Shown here: positions 36,117 through 48,829 of the stretch, piece by piece
How positions within the stretch are numbered: position 1 is the stretch's first letter
How the letters are laid out: every line of letters starts with the position of its first letter
Source: Camelus dromedarius
Taxonomy: Eukaryota
Assembly: GCF_036321535.1 (NCBI RefSeq)
Contig: NC_087437.1
Coordinates: 85,004,001-85,068,000, forward strand
Reading direction: 5' to 3'
DNA: 64,000 nt
Notes under the pieces: generated by a model
What the model was told of the DNA's origin: nothing
Seen by the model: the letters and a program-made list of their open reading frames with translations, nothing else
Database searches by the model: none
Translations under genes and position numbers: made by a program

Positions 36117-38690
36117 GTCATTCCCAGAAGTGGTTCTGGAAAACACAAAAACTATTGTTTTTGGAAAGTAGGGAGTTAGTTAATAATACCTAGCATGTTG
36201 TAGCATCTGAATGACTAAGATTGTCACAAGTGAAGGAACTGGGATGAGTCACAAGTGAAAAAGAGATACATTGGTTTATATAATAACTCTAGTTTTGAGA
36301 TAGTAGCAGCAGTGGGCCAGTTAAAGATGTAGCCAGTCATCTGGCTCTACAAAGATTGAGTCATTAGTCACTCCAGTTGCTGATCTTCAACACATCCTGG
36401 AAGAAGTTCAGGGCAGAAATCAGGAATAACACACTCTGTGCTCTGGGAAAACTGACAGAACAGGCTTTCAGATATTAGATATTTCAGCAGAAAATTTTAT
36501 GAATCAAAACTCTTGCATCTTCCCATACATAGAGAGGCAGTAAAACCATTAATTAAGGTATCTGTTCCTCACAACCAGCAGTAACCTTCTATCAAGATGT
36601 GAGCATGGTTGCATGTACCCCCTTTGCTAAAATCACGTATATACTGACTTCCCCTCTTATCACTTTGGAACAGTTCTCAGAACTACTGAGAGTCTATCTC
36701 CTGGGCAATAGTCCTCAGTAAGACACCAAACCAACAGTACTCAGCTTCTATGTTACATATTCTTTAAAGTCATTAGGTGGCAATTTGAAAGATGATGGAA
36801 TTGCTACTTTAGTGCAATCAAAGCACTGAAGAATGGGAATGATAACTTCAGTTTAGCCAACTACCAATTCAAGACATGATGTGAAAGCCAGAAGTCACAT
36901 TTGAAGGGTTTTGGAAAAACAGACATCCACAATTAGAGACAGACTGGCCTGAAACTTATACCCAGAACTTTATTTTTAAAGTAGCTTAATTATAACTGTG
37001 GATGAAATAAAGATCAGTATTTTTCTGTGAGATCCAAATTTGCATGTGCAACTGCCTTTTGGGTAGTTGAATGTCTTATCAGCATGGGTTATGTCACTAG
37101 CTGATTCTGTTTCCCTAGGGGGTGAAGACATTTTATTCATTAAAGGAATAAGGAATAGATTATTGGTGGTTGTGGAATGGGAAATAATTGAGACACTAGT
37201 GATGGTTCACTGTAGATCAGGTTTGACAATGATAGAGAGATGTTTAAGGAACATGAGCTCTCTAACGCAGTGAAGGACTATGGAATTCTAAAGTAGTGGA
37301 GGCCACATGGCAGCACTTGCTAGTGAAATGTCACGTTCTTCCTAAAAGGCAGTGTAATCATAATGGTGAACAAAAAGCACCTGCTCACAGAGGTCTATAA
37401 CAGTGGCTGATAGGCCCTTGTATTCCAAAGGAAATAGAAATAGTTGCCAATGGGGTCTTCTGCTTGACTTACATAAGCAAAAAAGATCATGATTTGGTGA
37501 ACAGACAGCTGAGCTCAGTGGCTGCACTGTAAGATGCAGCTTACAGATCTGAGAGATTTCCTAAAATGTGAGACCATAACTGAAGAGAGGACAGAACCCC
37601 TTAATGAAAGCTCCTGCAGTGTCCATCCCCCAGTATTTCCCTAATGAACTTATGGCCATCCTCCCTACACCACAAAAAACTCTTCTATAAGAGTAGAAAA
37701 ATAACTGGATTTCAGATCCCTCGAGGGATAATATAGTGTCACTCTGCTATCCTGATTTCCTGTTAGTGTGGGAATTTGTGAAAGCCAGGTAGTAAATGGA
37801 GTCTTAACCCAAGTCTGTCTCACACTGGGTCCAACAAGTCCAGAGTACCATCCTATACTTATTTCCCTAGTTTCTGAGCCCATTCTATGTAAGGTCAAGT
37901 GGAAAACCTGGAAATTGCATTGTCCACCTCATTCAAAATAATAAATCAGAAGTAATACTGCATCTCAGGTGGAAGGGTAGAGATTAGCACTACTATCCGT
38001 GACTTAATGACGTGGTGTCAGTTATACCAACCTTACCCTCCTTTAATTCATCATTCTGTCTTCTGATAAAGAAAAACTAACAATAGCAGATTATGGTGGT
38101 TTAGTATTCAATTAATGAAGTAATATCACCAATTGTAGTTGCTGGCTTGTTTTGGTAATTTTACTAAAGAATAGAGCCTTGGCAATTAGTTTGTTGTGCT
38201 TAACCTGACTAATTGACTAAGGCTTTTATTATTTTTCAATAATCAGGAGAGATGGCATGCAGCATTTTGCATGCATTATTACATTAAATCTTGACTTCTG
38301 TTGCATTATGGATTTGTATTCTTGGTTATCTCAGTATCCCAACAGACAAAATTTTGGTCCACTATTTAGAAGGCAGTATGTAAACTGGAACTGGGTAATT
38401 GATAGTGACAATACCTTGGATGTTCTGGTACTACACATAAATGAATGAAAATGGAGATATATACTCTAAAGAGTCAGAAACTTCCCATATTGATAAAGTT
38501 TTTAGGGGGATGGTGATCTTTGAAAAAGTTAGAATATTACCTCCAGGATAAAAAGCAAAGTATAGCTTTTTATAATTCTTACACCACCAACCCCCAATAG
38601 TCATAGTGCTTCATAGGCTTCTTCATAAATTGGATAATGTAATAAGGTGATTTGTAATGATGCCATATTTGAGTGGAATTCAGAACAGTA
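36117..38690 (+). mobile_element. ERV-L internal region (ERV3-16A3-like gag-pol remnant)
   Basis: Manual translation from ~37935: KIINQK*YCISGGRVEISTTIRDL...VIPTLPSFNSSF...INEVISPIVVA, aligning to the recalled ERV-L RT N-terminus (KQYRIPGG.AEISATIKDL...SPFNSP...LNQVVTPIAAA); many stops. Confidence 0.75.
36296..36775 (+). mobile_element. ERV1-type solo LTR nested in the ERV-L gag
   Basis: Interrupts gag-like sequence that resumes at ~36775; TATA-like gtatatact, then tttggaacagttctcaga...ctatctcctgggcaatagtcctcagtaag typical of ERV1 LTR R/U5. Confidence 0.65.
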
Positions 38691-38699
38691 AAGGACTTT

Positions 38700-41600
38700 G
38701 TGTATCAGAAAAAGAGTGGAAGATAAAATCAAAAACACAGAACAAGGTAATGAATAGAAAGCATCAATAATAATGGTAGATATTAATCCAACTATATCAA
38801 TAATCACTTTAAACATCAGTGGTCTAAATGACCAATTGTAAAACAGAAATTGTCAGAGTGGATCAAAAAGAAAGCTGCAACTATATGTTGTTTACAAGAA
38901 ACCAAATTTAATATAGTATAGATTAAAAATAAATGGAGAAAAATATATCGTGCTAACACTGATCAAAATAAAGCAAGAGTAGCTATATTGATTTTAAACA
39001 GGGTAAACTTCAAAGCAAGGAAGGTTTTCAGAGATAAAGAATATTATACATAATGATAAAGGAGTCAGTTCTTCAAGAAGATGTAAGAATCCTTAATGTG
39101 TATATGTCTCACAGGAGAGTGTCAAACTATGACAGGCAAACACTGATAGAACTGCAAGGAGAAATAGATGGTTCTACTCTTATGGTTGGAGACTTTGATA
39201 CTCCTCTCTCAGAAGTGAACTGATTCAACAGGCAGAAAATCAGTCAGGACATAGCTAAACTCAACAATACTATTATCAACTGGATGTAATTGACATTTGT
39301 AGATTACCAACTGTTTGGTCCAACAACATCAGAATATATATACATTCTTAAGTTCACATGTAACAATCACCAAAAGAGGTCACATTCTGGGAAATAATAC
39401 ACACCTTAACCAATTAAAAACCACAGAAATCATGCAATTGGATGACAAATGATATTAAAACTGGTAATCAACAGATAACTCAATAATCCCAAACTATGTG
39501 ATGATTAAACAATACACTTCAAAATAACACGTGGGTCAAAGAAGAAATCTCAGGAGAAGTTAAAAAATATTTTGAGCTAAATGAAAATGACAACACTTCT
39601 TATTAAAATTTGTGGGATTTAGGAAAATAGTGCTTAGAAGAAAATTTATAGTATTGACTGCCTATAATAGAAAAAAAGAAATATCTAAAATCTGTTCTTT
39701 GAGAGTCAACCTTAGGAAGCTAGAAAAAGAAGAGCAAATCAAATCTTAAGTAAGTAGAAGAACAGAAAAAGAAATAAGTAGAGCAGAAATCAATAATATT
39801 GAAAAAGGTAAACCAAAAGATAAAAATCAATAAACCTAAAGGAGTTTGAAAAAAAATCAATAAAATCTGTAAGCCTTTAGCCAAGCTAATCAAGAACAAA
39901 AGAGAAATGACACAAATGATTAATATCATAAATGAAAGAGCAACATAACTATAGATCCTATGGATATTAAAAGGCTAATAGGGGGATACTGTGAACAAAA
40001 TATGGTCACAGATTTTATTAGCTGGGTGAACTGTACTAATTCCTTAAAAAAAACATAAATCTTCCAAAAGTCATAACAAAAATACATGACTGGGACATTG
40101 TGCTGTACACCAGAGAATGACATACTGTAGCTGACTGTACTTCAATTAAAACAAACAAACCTAATAGGCTTACATCCATTAAAGAAATTGAATAGACAAT
40201 AACTCTCTAAAATAGAAAGTACCAGGCTCAGAGGTGTTTACTGGTAAATTCTACAAAACATTTATGGAGGAAATTGTACCAAATCTCAACAGTCTATTTC
40301 AGAAGATAGAAAGAGACAGAATACTTTCTAACTCCTTCTATAAAGCCCCAATACTAAGATCAAGCAAAGATATTATAAGAAAAGAAAACTACAGATCAAT
40401 GTCTCTCATGAACATTGATGCAAAAATCTTAAAACAAAATATTAGTCAGTTGAATCCAACAATGTTATAAAAAGAATCATACACCACAATCAAGTGGGAT
40501 TTCTTCCAGGTATGTAAGGCTGATTCAACATTTGAAAATCAGTTAACATAAATCTTGTCATCAGTAGGCTAAAAAAGAAAAATAACATGGTTATATCAAT
40601 ATATGCAGAAAAAGCATTTGACAAACTAATACTCATTAACAATAAAAAAATCTCTCAGTAAACTACAAAGAACTGATAGCTAACATCATACTTGTTGGTC
40701 ATAAATTAGAAGTTTTCCCAGTGAGATTAGGAAAAAGGCAAGAATGTTGCCTCATTCACCATTCCTTTCAATATTATACTGGAAATCCAATCTAATGCAA
40801 AAAGACAAGAAAAGGAAACAAGTAATATTCAGTTTGGAAAGGAAGAACTACAACTGTATTTGTTCATAGATGGCATGATCATCTATGTAGAAAATCTTAA
40901 AACATCAAACAAACAAAACAACAACCAAAATGCATGGAAATAATAAGCATTCATAGCCAGGGTATAAGACATAAAAGGTTAGTGACTAAAGCCAATTTAT
41001 TTTTATATGCCATTAATAAACAAGTGAGATTTGAAATTAAAAACACAATATCATTTACATTAACACCTCAAAAAGTGAAATAAGTAAAATCTACAAAAAT
41101 ATGTCCAAGATCCATATGAGGAAAACTATATAATTCTGATAGATGAAATCAAATAATGAAATAAATGGATTCTATGCTCATGGATAGGAAGACTCAATAT
41201 TGCCAAGATAACAGTTTTTCCCGATTGGATCTATAGATTCAAAGCAATTCCAGTCAACATCCCAGCAAGAAATTTTGTGGATGTCAACAAACTGATTTTA
41301 AAGTATTTGTACAGAAGCAAAAGATTCAGAATAGGCAACACAATATTAAATAGTAAAAAAACGAAGTTGGAGGACTGACACGACCTGACTGTAAGACCTA
41401 CTATAAAGCTACACTAATCAGCACAGTGTGATATTGCTCAAAGAATAGACAAACAGATCAATGAAACAGAATAGAGAGCCCAGTAATAGAGCCACATAAA
41501 TATAATACATTGATCTTTGACAAAGGAGCAAAGGCAATACAATGGAAAAAGAAGAATCTTTTCAACATATGATGGAACAACAGTATATCTGCATGAAAAT

Positions 41601-42797
41601 AAATTAATCTAGACACAGACATAGCCTTCACAAAAATTAACTCAAAATCGATCATAAACCTAAATGTAACATGCAAATCTATAAAATTCCTTGAAGATAA
41701 CATCGAAGAAAACCTAGATGACCTTGATGACTGTTTAGATATAACACCAATGGCTTGATCCATGAAAGAAATTATTGATAAGCTGAACTTCATAAAAATT
41801 AAAAATGTCTACTCTGTGAAAGACAGTATTAAATGAGTAAGAAGACAGGTAACATATTGGGAGATAATATTTATAAAAGACATTTGATAAAGGACTCTTA
41901 TACAGACTATAAAAAGAACTCTTAAACTCTTAAAATTCTTATTGTAGAATAAGGAAATAAACAATTCTATTTTAAAAAGGCCAAAGATATTAACAGACAC
42001 CTCATCAAAGAAGATACACAGATGGCAAATGAGCATATGAACAGATATTTCACATCATATGTCACCAGGAAAATGCAAATTAAAACAACAATGAAATAAT
42101 ACTTCATACCCATTAGAATGCCAATATCTGAAACATTGAGAGCACCAAATACTGGCAAGGATGTGAAGCAAGAGGAATTTTTATTCATTACTGGTGGGAC
42201 TTCAAAATGGTACAGCCATTTTGGAATAAAATCTCAGTTTCTCACAAAACTCAATATACTGTTATCATATGATCCAGTAATCATTCTTCTTGGTATCTAC
42301 CCAAAGGAGTTTAAAAGGGATTTCCACTCTAAAACCTGTACATGGATGTTTATAGCAACTTTATTCATAATTTCCAAAACTGGGAGCATCCAAGATGTCT
42401 TTCAGTAGGTGAATGGCTAAACTGTGGCACATCAGACAGTGGATTAGTATTCAGTGCTAAAAAAGATCATGTCATAAAAAGACATGAATAAAGGAATATT
42501 ACTAAGTGAAAGTAGGAAATCTGAAAAGGCTACATACTGTATGATTCCAACTATGTGACACTTTGGAAAAGGCAAAACTTGGTGATAGTAAAAAGATCAG
42601 TGATTGCCAGGGTTTGGGGATGGGGAGGGATAAAAAGATGAAGAACAGAGGATTTTTAGAGCAGTAAAAATACTCTGTATAATTTCGTAATGATGGATAC
42701 ATGCAATTATAATTTTGTCCAAACCCCAGAATGAATCTTAAGGTAAACTATGGACTTCGGGTGATTATAATGTGTCAGTGTAAGTTCGTAGGTTGTA
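38700..42797 (+). mobile_element. L1MC1/2-like LINE-1, ~4.1 kb, near-complete decayed ORF2 plus 3' UTR
   Basis: EN start atatcaataatcactttaaac...ggtctaaat; ORF 40234-40470 (FTGKFYKTFMEEIVP...RKENYRSMSLMNIDAKIL); ORF 42118-42408 (YDPVIILLGIYPKE...TCTWMFIATLFII); 3' UTR gtaaactatggacttcgggtgattataatgtgtcagtgt. Confidence 0.92.
40082..40160 (+). mobile_element. ~80-bp young L1 3' terminus inserted in the L1MC
   Basis: catgactgggacattgtgctgtacaccagagaatgacatactgtagctgactgtacttcaattaaaa closely matches the reverse complement of 49155-49225. Confidence 0.85.
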
Positions 42798-42849
42798 TTC
42801 CTAATCATCATTTAGGAACTCAACTCTCTGTCTTGCTCTCAGATTTTAC

Positions 42850-43291
42850 AAATTGTTTTAGATAGCTAAGGCTGTTGTAACAAATTACCACAAACTAGGC
42901 ATTTAAACAGCATAAATTTACTGTCTCACAGTTCTGGAGTGTAGAAGTCTGTGATTATGGTGTTACCAGGATTGGTTCCTTCTGAGGGCTGTGGGGAAGA
43001 ATCTGTTCTATGCTTCTTCCCTAGACTCTGGCAGTTCCTTGGCTAGATGTATCACTGATCTCTGCCTTGATGTTTGCATAGCATTCTTCCTGTTCATCTC
43101 TATTTGCAAATTTCTCCTTTTTACAAAAGGACACCAGTCAAATAGAATTAAGGATGCACCTCCTCCACTATGACCTCATCTTGACATTACTTCTGCAAAG
43201 TCCTTATTTCAAATAAGATCACATTACAAAGTATTGGTGGGTAGGACTTTAATATTGAAGTTTATGGAAGACACAATTCAACCTAAAACAC
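42850..43291 (-). mobile_element. MaLR solo LTR (MLT1B/C-like)
   Basis: ggctgttgtaacaaattaccacaaact...tctcacagttctggag...aaggacaccagtca...gacacaattcaacctaaaaca. Confidence 0.88.
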
Positions 43292-44379
43292 ATCAAAATG
43301 TCAAAGAACTAAGACATTTTATGGCCACTATAGAACAGTGAGAGACCCAAATGAGCCCTACCTTAAAAGGTTTGAGGAATATCCCACAGTTAAATACTGC
43401 CTCCGTCTAAAATGAAACAGTCCATTTTGAAAACATGATTAGGAGGAATCCTCTTTTAAAGTCTTCTATAATAACAAATAAAAAAATCAAATGTTGTAAA
43501 CTTATGATTTAAAATGGTCTCTGCTTAGTAGGAAATCATAAATAATGGCCATAATTATATATAAGAAGTAAACTAGCATTGAAATAGCTGAGAATTCCTA
43601 AGGTAATTGAACACAAAGAAACAATTACATTGAAAAACTAAAAATATTTGGAATTTTCTTAATTTTCTATATTCACCATTAGCTTTTTTAAAAAGAAATT
43701 TCATTCAATTATTAAAATAAATCTAATATGAAAATGAGCTCCTTCTGTAATAAAAGTCAAAATATATACATTGATTTGGTGAGGGATATTCTGGGGTTTG
43801 GAATGAGAGGTAAACAAAAGAATATTTGGGATTATGGCAAAATTTCAGAAAAGGCAAATTTTAACAGAAATAAAAATCTGAAGATGCACCACTGAGTAAA
43901 TTACATTTTTTTTTCTTGTGATGAAATTTACCTTAATTTTCAATGTTTGTATCAGAGTTAATTTAATTTTGGCCTGCATATGAATATGACTCAAATCTAG
44001 AATTTCATTTTTCTGAGAATATTATTTTAACCCTCAAAAGCTCCAAATGCATGGCAATTGCATGAATCACACAGGGTCAGTTAATTGAGAAGATTTACAG
44101 AATACCATAGTTGTACTCACATGAGGGTTTAGTAAAGATAAAGATATGTTGCTGCCAGAGATAAAGGAGGGCATGCAATCATCAAAGGCTGAGACTAAAG
44201 ACAGTACCTGTTGCTTTGTGGAGAAAACACTATTATATTGACTCCTGGTATGTTAATGGGAGTAAGTAGGCCACTTTCTCAGGTGCAGATCTTTCAGAAA
44301 TACCTAGAGTCAAAGTTTGGGAAAGCAGGGGATCAACCCAAATATTCCCATCTCTTTTATTAGGTTCCCAGGTTTTCAC

Positions 44380-44918
44380 AGTTAGGTCCCTGACTTTGCT
44401 TTAATGCATCAGCCTTGTAGGAGCATTCAGCTGTCTTTGCAATTCAGATATTCTGACTATCAAATCCAGGAGTTGATCGTTAGCTTTGCCGGTCTGATCC
44501 TCCCTCTCTTTGAGATGAGGGCTTCTTTGCAAATGATTCCAGTTTACACAGCTACCCTGTGGCTCTCCAAATTAGTTTTCAATTGTCTGATAATTATACT
44601 TCACTCTTCATTATCTTTTTATAGGGCATCAATGCAACTTAGTACAACCATCCAATTTCATTGTCCTCGTATTTACCATTTCCCCTGCAATTCCAAATCC
44701 CTGAATTGTCAGAGGGGCCAGTGCTGTCCCTCTACTCTTATGCCATACCATCTTACATCCAGTTAAAACATTAACATTTGGATGCTACTTTGTGCCAGGA
44801 GCTGCCTGCACACCATCTACCAGCAGGGATGGGGTCCTTAATATTCCCGGAACGCTCAGTGATCCAGTCCCCAAACCTCTTCTTATATCTGCTTTCTCAG
44901 GTGACTCCTAGTACAATA
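44380..44918 (-). mobile_element. ERV-L internal 5' region (gag remnant)
   Basis: Reverse complement is homologous to 36190-36295 plus 36775-36900; degenerate Leu-type PBS (ttgtactaggagtc on minus) at 44903-44916. Confidence 0.6.
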
Positions 44919-45330
44919 TATGCTAGTTTTGGTTCTCCATTACTCAGAAGCTAAGCTGCAACTAGGAGTACAACATACTTTTGAGGGGAGTAAGGACTGT
45001 GGAAATGAGGCAAATGGGAATTGTGTAGGAGAGCAATAATGCTGCAGTGCAGGTCAGCTAATGCAGAGCTCTGGAGAAAAGACTGCTGTAAAAGGAGTCC
45101 TCTCTGGGACTTGCTTAGTCAGGTCTGTGAGAGTTGAGAAATGGACTCTCAACTAGCAATACCTTGATGAGTCATTGGCTGGGAGCAGGACCCAAGGAAA
45201 AACATGTCATTGGTTTGAATATTGTTGTAGAACCTGAGGAAGCAAAGATCCAGCTAACCACACTCTTCACAGGTAGCAGCTAGTCCTTTCTTGAAGGTGC
45301 CTCTAAACAGTACATTCCCAAGTCTGCTGG
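44919..45330 (-). mobile_element. ERVL LTR (LTR16-like)
   Basis: gcagtgcaggtc...gagctctggagaaaagactgc...agtcattggctgggagcag antisense LTR16 motifs. Confidence 0.65.
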
Positions 45331-48300
45331 GTAACAGTGCTTCTGGGATTTGTGTGCTAATTTAGTTTGAATTGGTAGATTGTGTTTTGCAAATACACCT
45401 TTCCTCTAGACTTCTGCCAAATATAGCTCATTTCAGAGGAAAAAAAATATATATCAACATTTTACCCCTGTGAATACAGTTATGGACACTAATTTATGTA
45501 TAGCATTTGTTACTTACTAACCCAAAAATTGTATATTCTTGACTGAAGAGTTACAGAAAAAGTGCTATAATTATGAACAATTTCTTTCAGGGCTCCTCTG
45601 TTAAACTGTTTAGTGGCTCTCCAAAGAATGTTCAAATACTGTTGCTGACTTTCTCTGCTTTATAGAACACAGAATGACATGGGTAGGCTATATCTTGATC
45701 CTTTTTATTCCATTTACCAAATAATAGCCTTTTTGCTTAACCAACCTTCCCTTAGGTCTTTGGTTAATTTTTCTTGTTGTGTGGAAAACAAATAGCAATC
45801 CCATAAACTTCATTTACAGCAGTTTTTATGACTACACTTAACTACAACCCCAAATCTTTATAATTTGTTTTGCTTCTAAGCATTTAACAAATGATCTTAA
45901 GAGGGTGTTTCTTCCTCCTCTTTATAAACTGTAAAAAGTATTTCATCCTGTCAGATGTGGTGGCACAGACTACAAGTATCAGCTGTCTTAGGTTTTTCTC
46001 TTCTGGGAAAGTCCTTTTATGGTGCTGTCAAAATAACCATCACAGACACATTTTCATGACATCAGGGTCTAATCATTTGTTAGATTTTAAGCAATTCAAA
46101 GACTTCTTTATTTTCAGGGACTTGGGCAAAATTAGCTAAAACAAAATAAGAAAAGGATTCCTTCTGCTTTAAAATTTGACATCATTTAAAGTCTTCTATA
46201 ATAAATTTAAAAAATCAAATTTTCCATTTTCTCCCACTGGGAATGTTTTCCAATTTAAAATTATTATATTGCATGTATGCTTCCATGACTCAGCTCTTTT
46301 GTCTCCAAAATAGAGAGTTAATATAAATCACCAGTATTATTTCCAATATCAGAGACTTATTGAGGGAAATAATAGTTTTTAATTGGATTTTTGAACTCAC
46401 CCCCTTTTATTGAATAATACTCATTTCACATTTACCCAACTATTCATTTCTTCTATAAAATGTATTCGCAACAAATTACTCTATTGGTAGAAGAAATAAT
46501 CTGGCATACTAAGTAGTAGAAAATTTATTTTCTAAACATGTATTGAGTATAAATCAGAAATTATATAAGGGGTAGAAAAAGAATACACAATCCATCAATA
46601 CCAGCTTACTCTACAAGCGTATATTTTTTACAGAAAGATAAACATATAAACAAATACTATTTAAAAATATGCCAGGAAAAAAAGAGAAGTTTTTAGATCT
46701 AAAGGATCTGGAATATTTTGATCAAATAAGTTTAATAGAATAACAATCATAATTCTTATATTAAGTAATAATAAATAATACTACTAGAAAGACATTAAAT
46801 GATTAACACAATCATGGTATTAACAGAATTTAATTTGGTTTCATGAAGTTCACATGTAAGATTTTTGGAAGTAATATAGTTGGCAATAGAGATTGTTGTA
46901 TATAGGTAGTAAAAATCACCACTAGTTATTTTTAGTTAAGATAGAAGCTAAAGGAGAGAAACAGATCACATTTGGGGAACGTTCTTAGGAAGAGACTGAG
47001 TCTCATTTTTGGACCTACAGACCCAAAGAACCCATCAATGGTTAATAATAAATGTTTCCTTGTCTTAAGTATCTTTCCAGGGTAGGAACCTCCAGCTTCA
47101 CCTCTCACCCTTGCCACAAAGTTTTTTTTTCTACCTATGCCCCAACTGCTAATTAAAAATAGGCATAAACTTTCGTGTTTCTTACTGTAATCACAGCACA
47201 CAACCCCATTACACTCCATTTTTAGCACCAAACCTCCCCTCTACCAATTAAGCCCTTGCTACCTTTCTTGCATTTGACATGTTTTAGCCCTTATCTAATG
47301 AAGAACTCTTCCCTAACACTGACTTTGAAGACATCTCTGACATTCACAGTTTATCCTACCAATTCTGGGAATTAAAATCTTAGCAAATAAAAAGACTCAG
47401 AAAAGTAAAGCTTTGCAACTATTAAATGGCAGAGAAAATAATTTCTGACTGTTTCTAACATCTTCTTACTTCCAAATTAGGGCTTTTAAGCCAGAGTGAT
47501 GGAACACATACCGAAATAAGCATGTTTGTGTTGTGGAAATTGGTCTGGTGGTACGGAAGGAGGAAAAGACTGTGATATTCTAAGCAAGAAATGTTGAGTA
47601 TGTGAACAAAGGCTGGACTGTGTTTTAAGGCAAAGACAGAACACTTAGATTTTTTAGAATACACGGTCTATGGGGATTGCAATAATAGAGCTATTTGCAA
47701 ATTTCAGTAGAAAGAGGTAAACAGTAAAAACAGCAAAACACTAAGGCTGCGGAGAAAGTTTAAAAGGGCTTTTCGGTCTGTGTTTGAGTTGAGACAGAGT
47801 AATGCATACATATTCATCAAGTGGGAAAGTACAGACATAGCATTCTACACAAGACACATAGTCAATTTCTTCCCCCAAGTAGGAAATTCTCATATAGTAA
47901 GACTTTATGTATCGAGTTCCATATGCTAATGACAACTATATGCTTTTTAAAATTACTCTTTGCACTGAAATACATGTTTCTGGTTTGTTTTACTGAGTTT
48001 ATAACATTTGGGGGGGCTATGTACATAATATCAATATCTGGATTAAAAGCAAAATGTGAAATTTGTGAATATTTGAAAGGCTAAAATTTTTTAACATGTA
48101 TTTGCTGTTTTAGCTATTAAAGTCCTGGTATAATATATGAGGTATTTTGGACTGGATAATTTAACTATAAAACATTTTTAACTATTGCCTAAGAAAGGAG
48201 ATCAATTTTAATTTTGTTTTATATCTATAAGTAGAAAAAGTATTTGTAAATGTTAAGTTTAGCTTTACATTCTTCAAAAGAAAGAAAAGTTAAACTTTCT

Positions 48301-48829
48301 AATAATGTATTTCCCATGGATATGGCTGATACTATTCTTAGTTTGGAGTGTTGCTTGAGAGAAAACATATCAAAGAGAATTTTAAAAAGGCCTGAAAGAG
48401 AGGAGAAAAAGTAAAGCTTGTGTGAGAGGATTAGGAGAATGTTGTGTGTGGGGAATAAACAAAGAACAGAATACAATTAAATACATTTTTCTCTTATCAT
48501 AAAAATAGGAAACAGTATCTGGTTAAAGAAGACAAAAAGACAAAAAAATTAGAAGTGAATTTTAATGCATAAATATAAAATAGGATATAAAGCATTTCTT
48601 TATAAATAACTTCTGCTTGGAAGTAATAGATTTATGAATGAAATACAGTTTGATCATGTGTTAATTGAAATACTTTTGTGACTGTTTTATTTATGCTTTA
48701 TACAGCTTGAATAAAGTTAAATGACAATATTATAAGTAACATATATGTTAAGGAAAAATACACAGTTCCATTTATACTTGCATAATTGCAATGCTAGAAC
48801 ATTGCTGGACAAAATGGTCATGTATCATG

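Noticed and set aside
44404..44766. 120-aa ORF
   Set aside because: Antisense to a decayed ERV-L gag and starts at a chance ATG.
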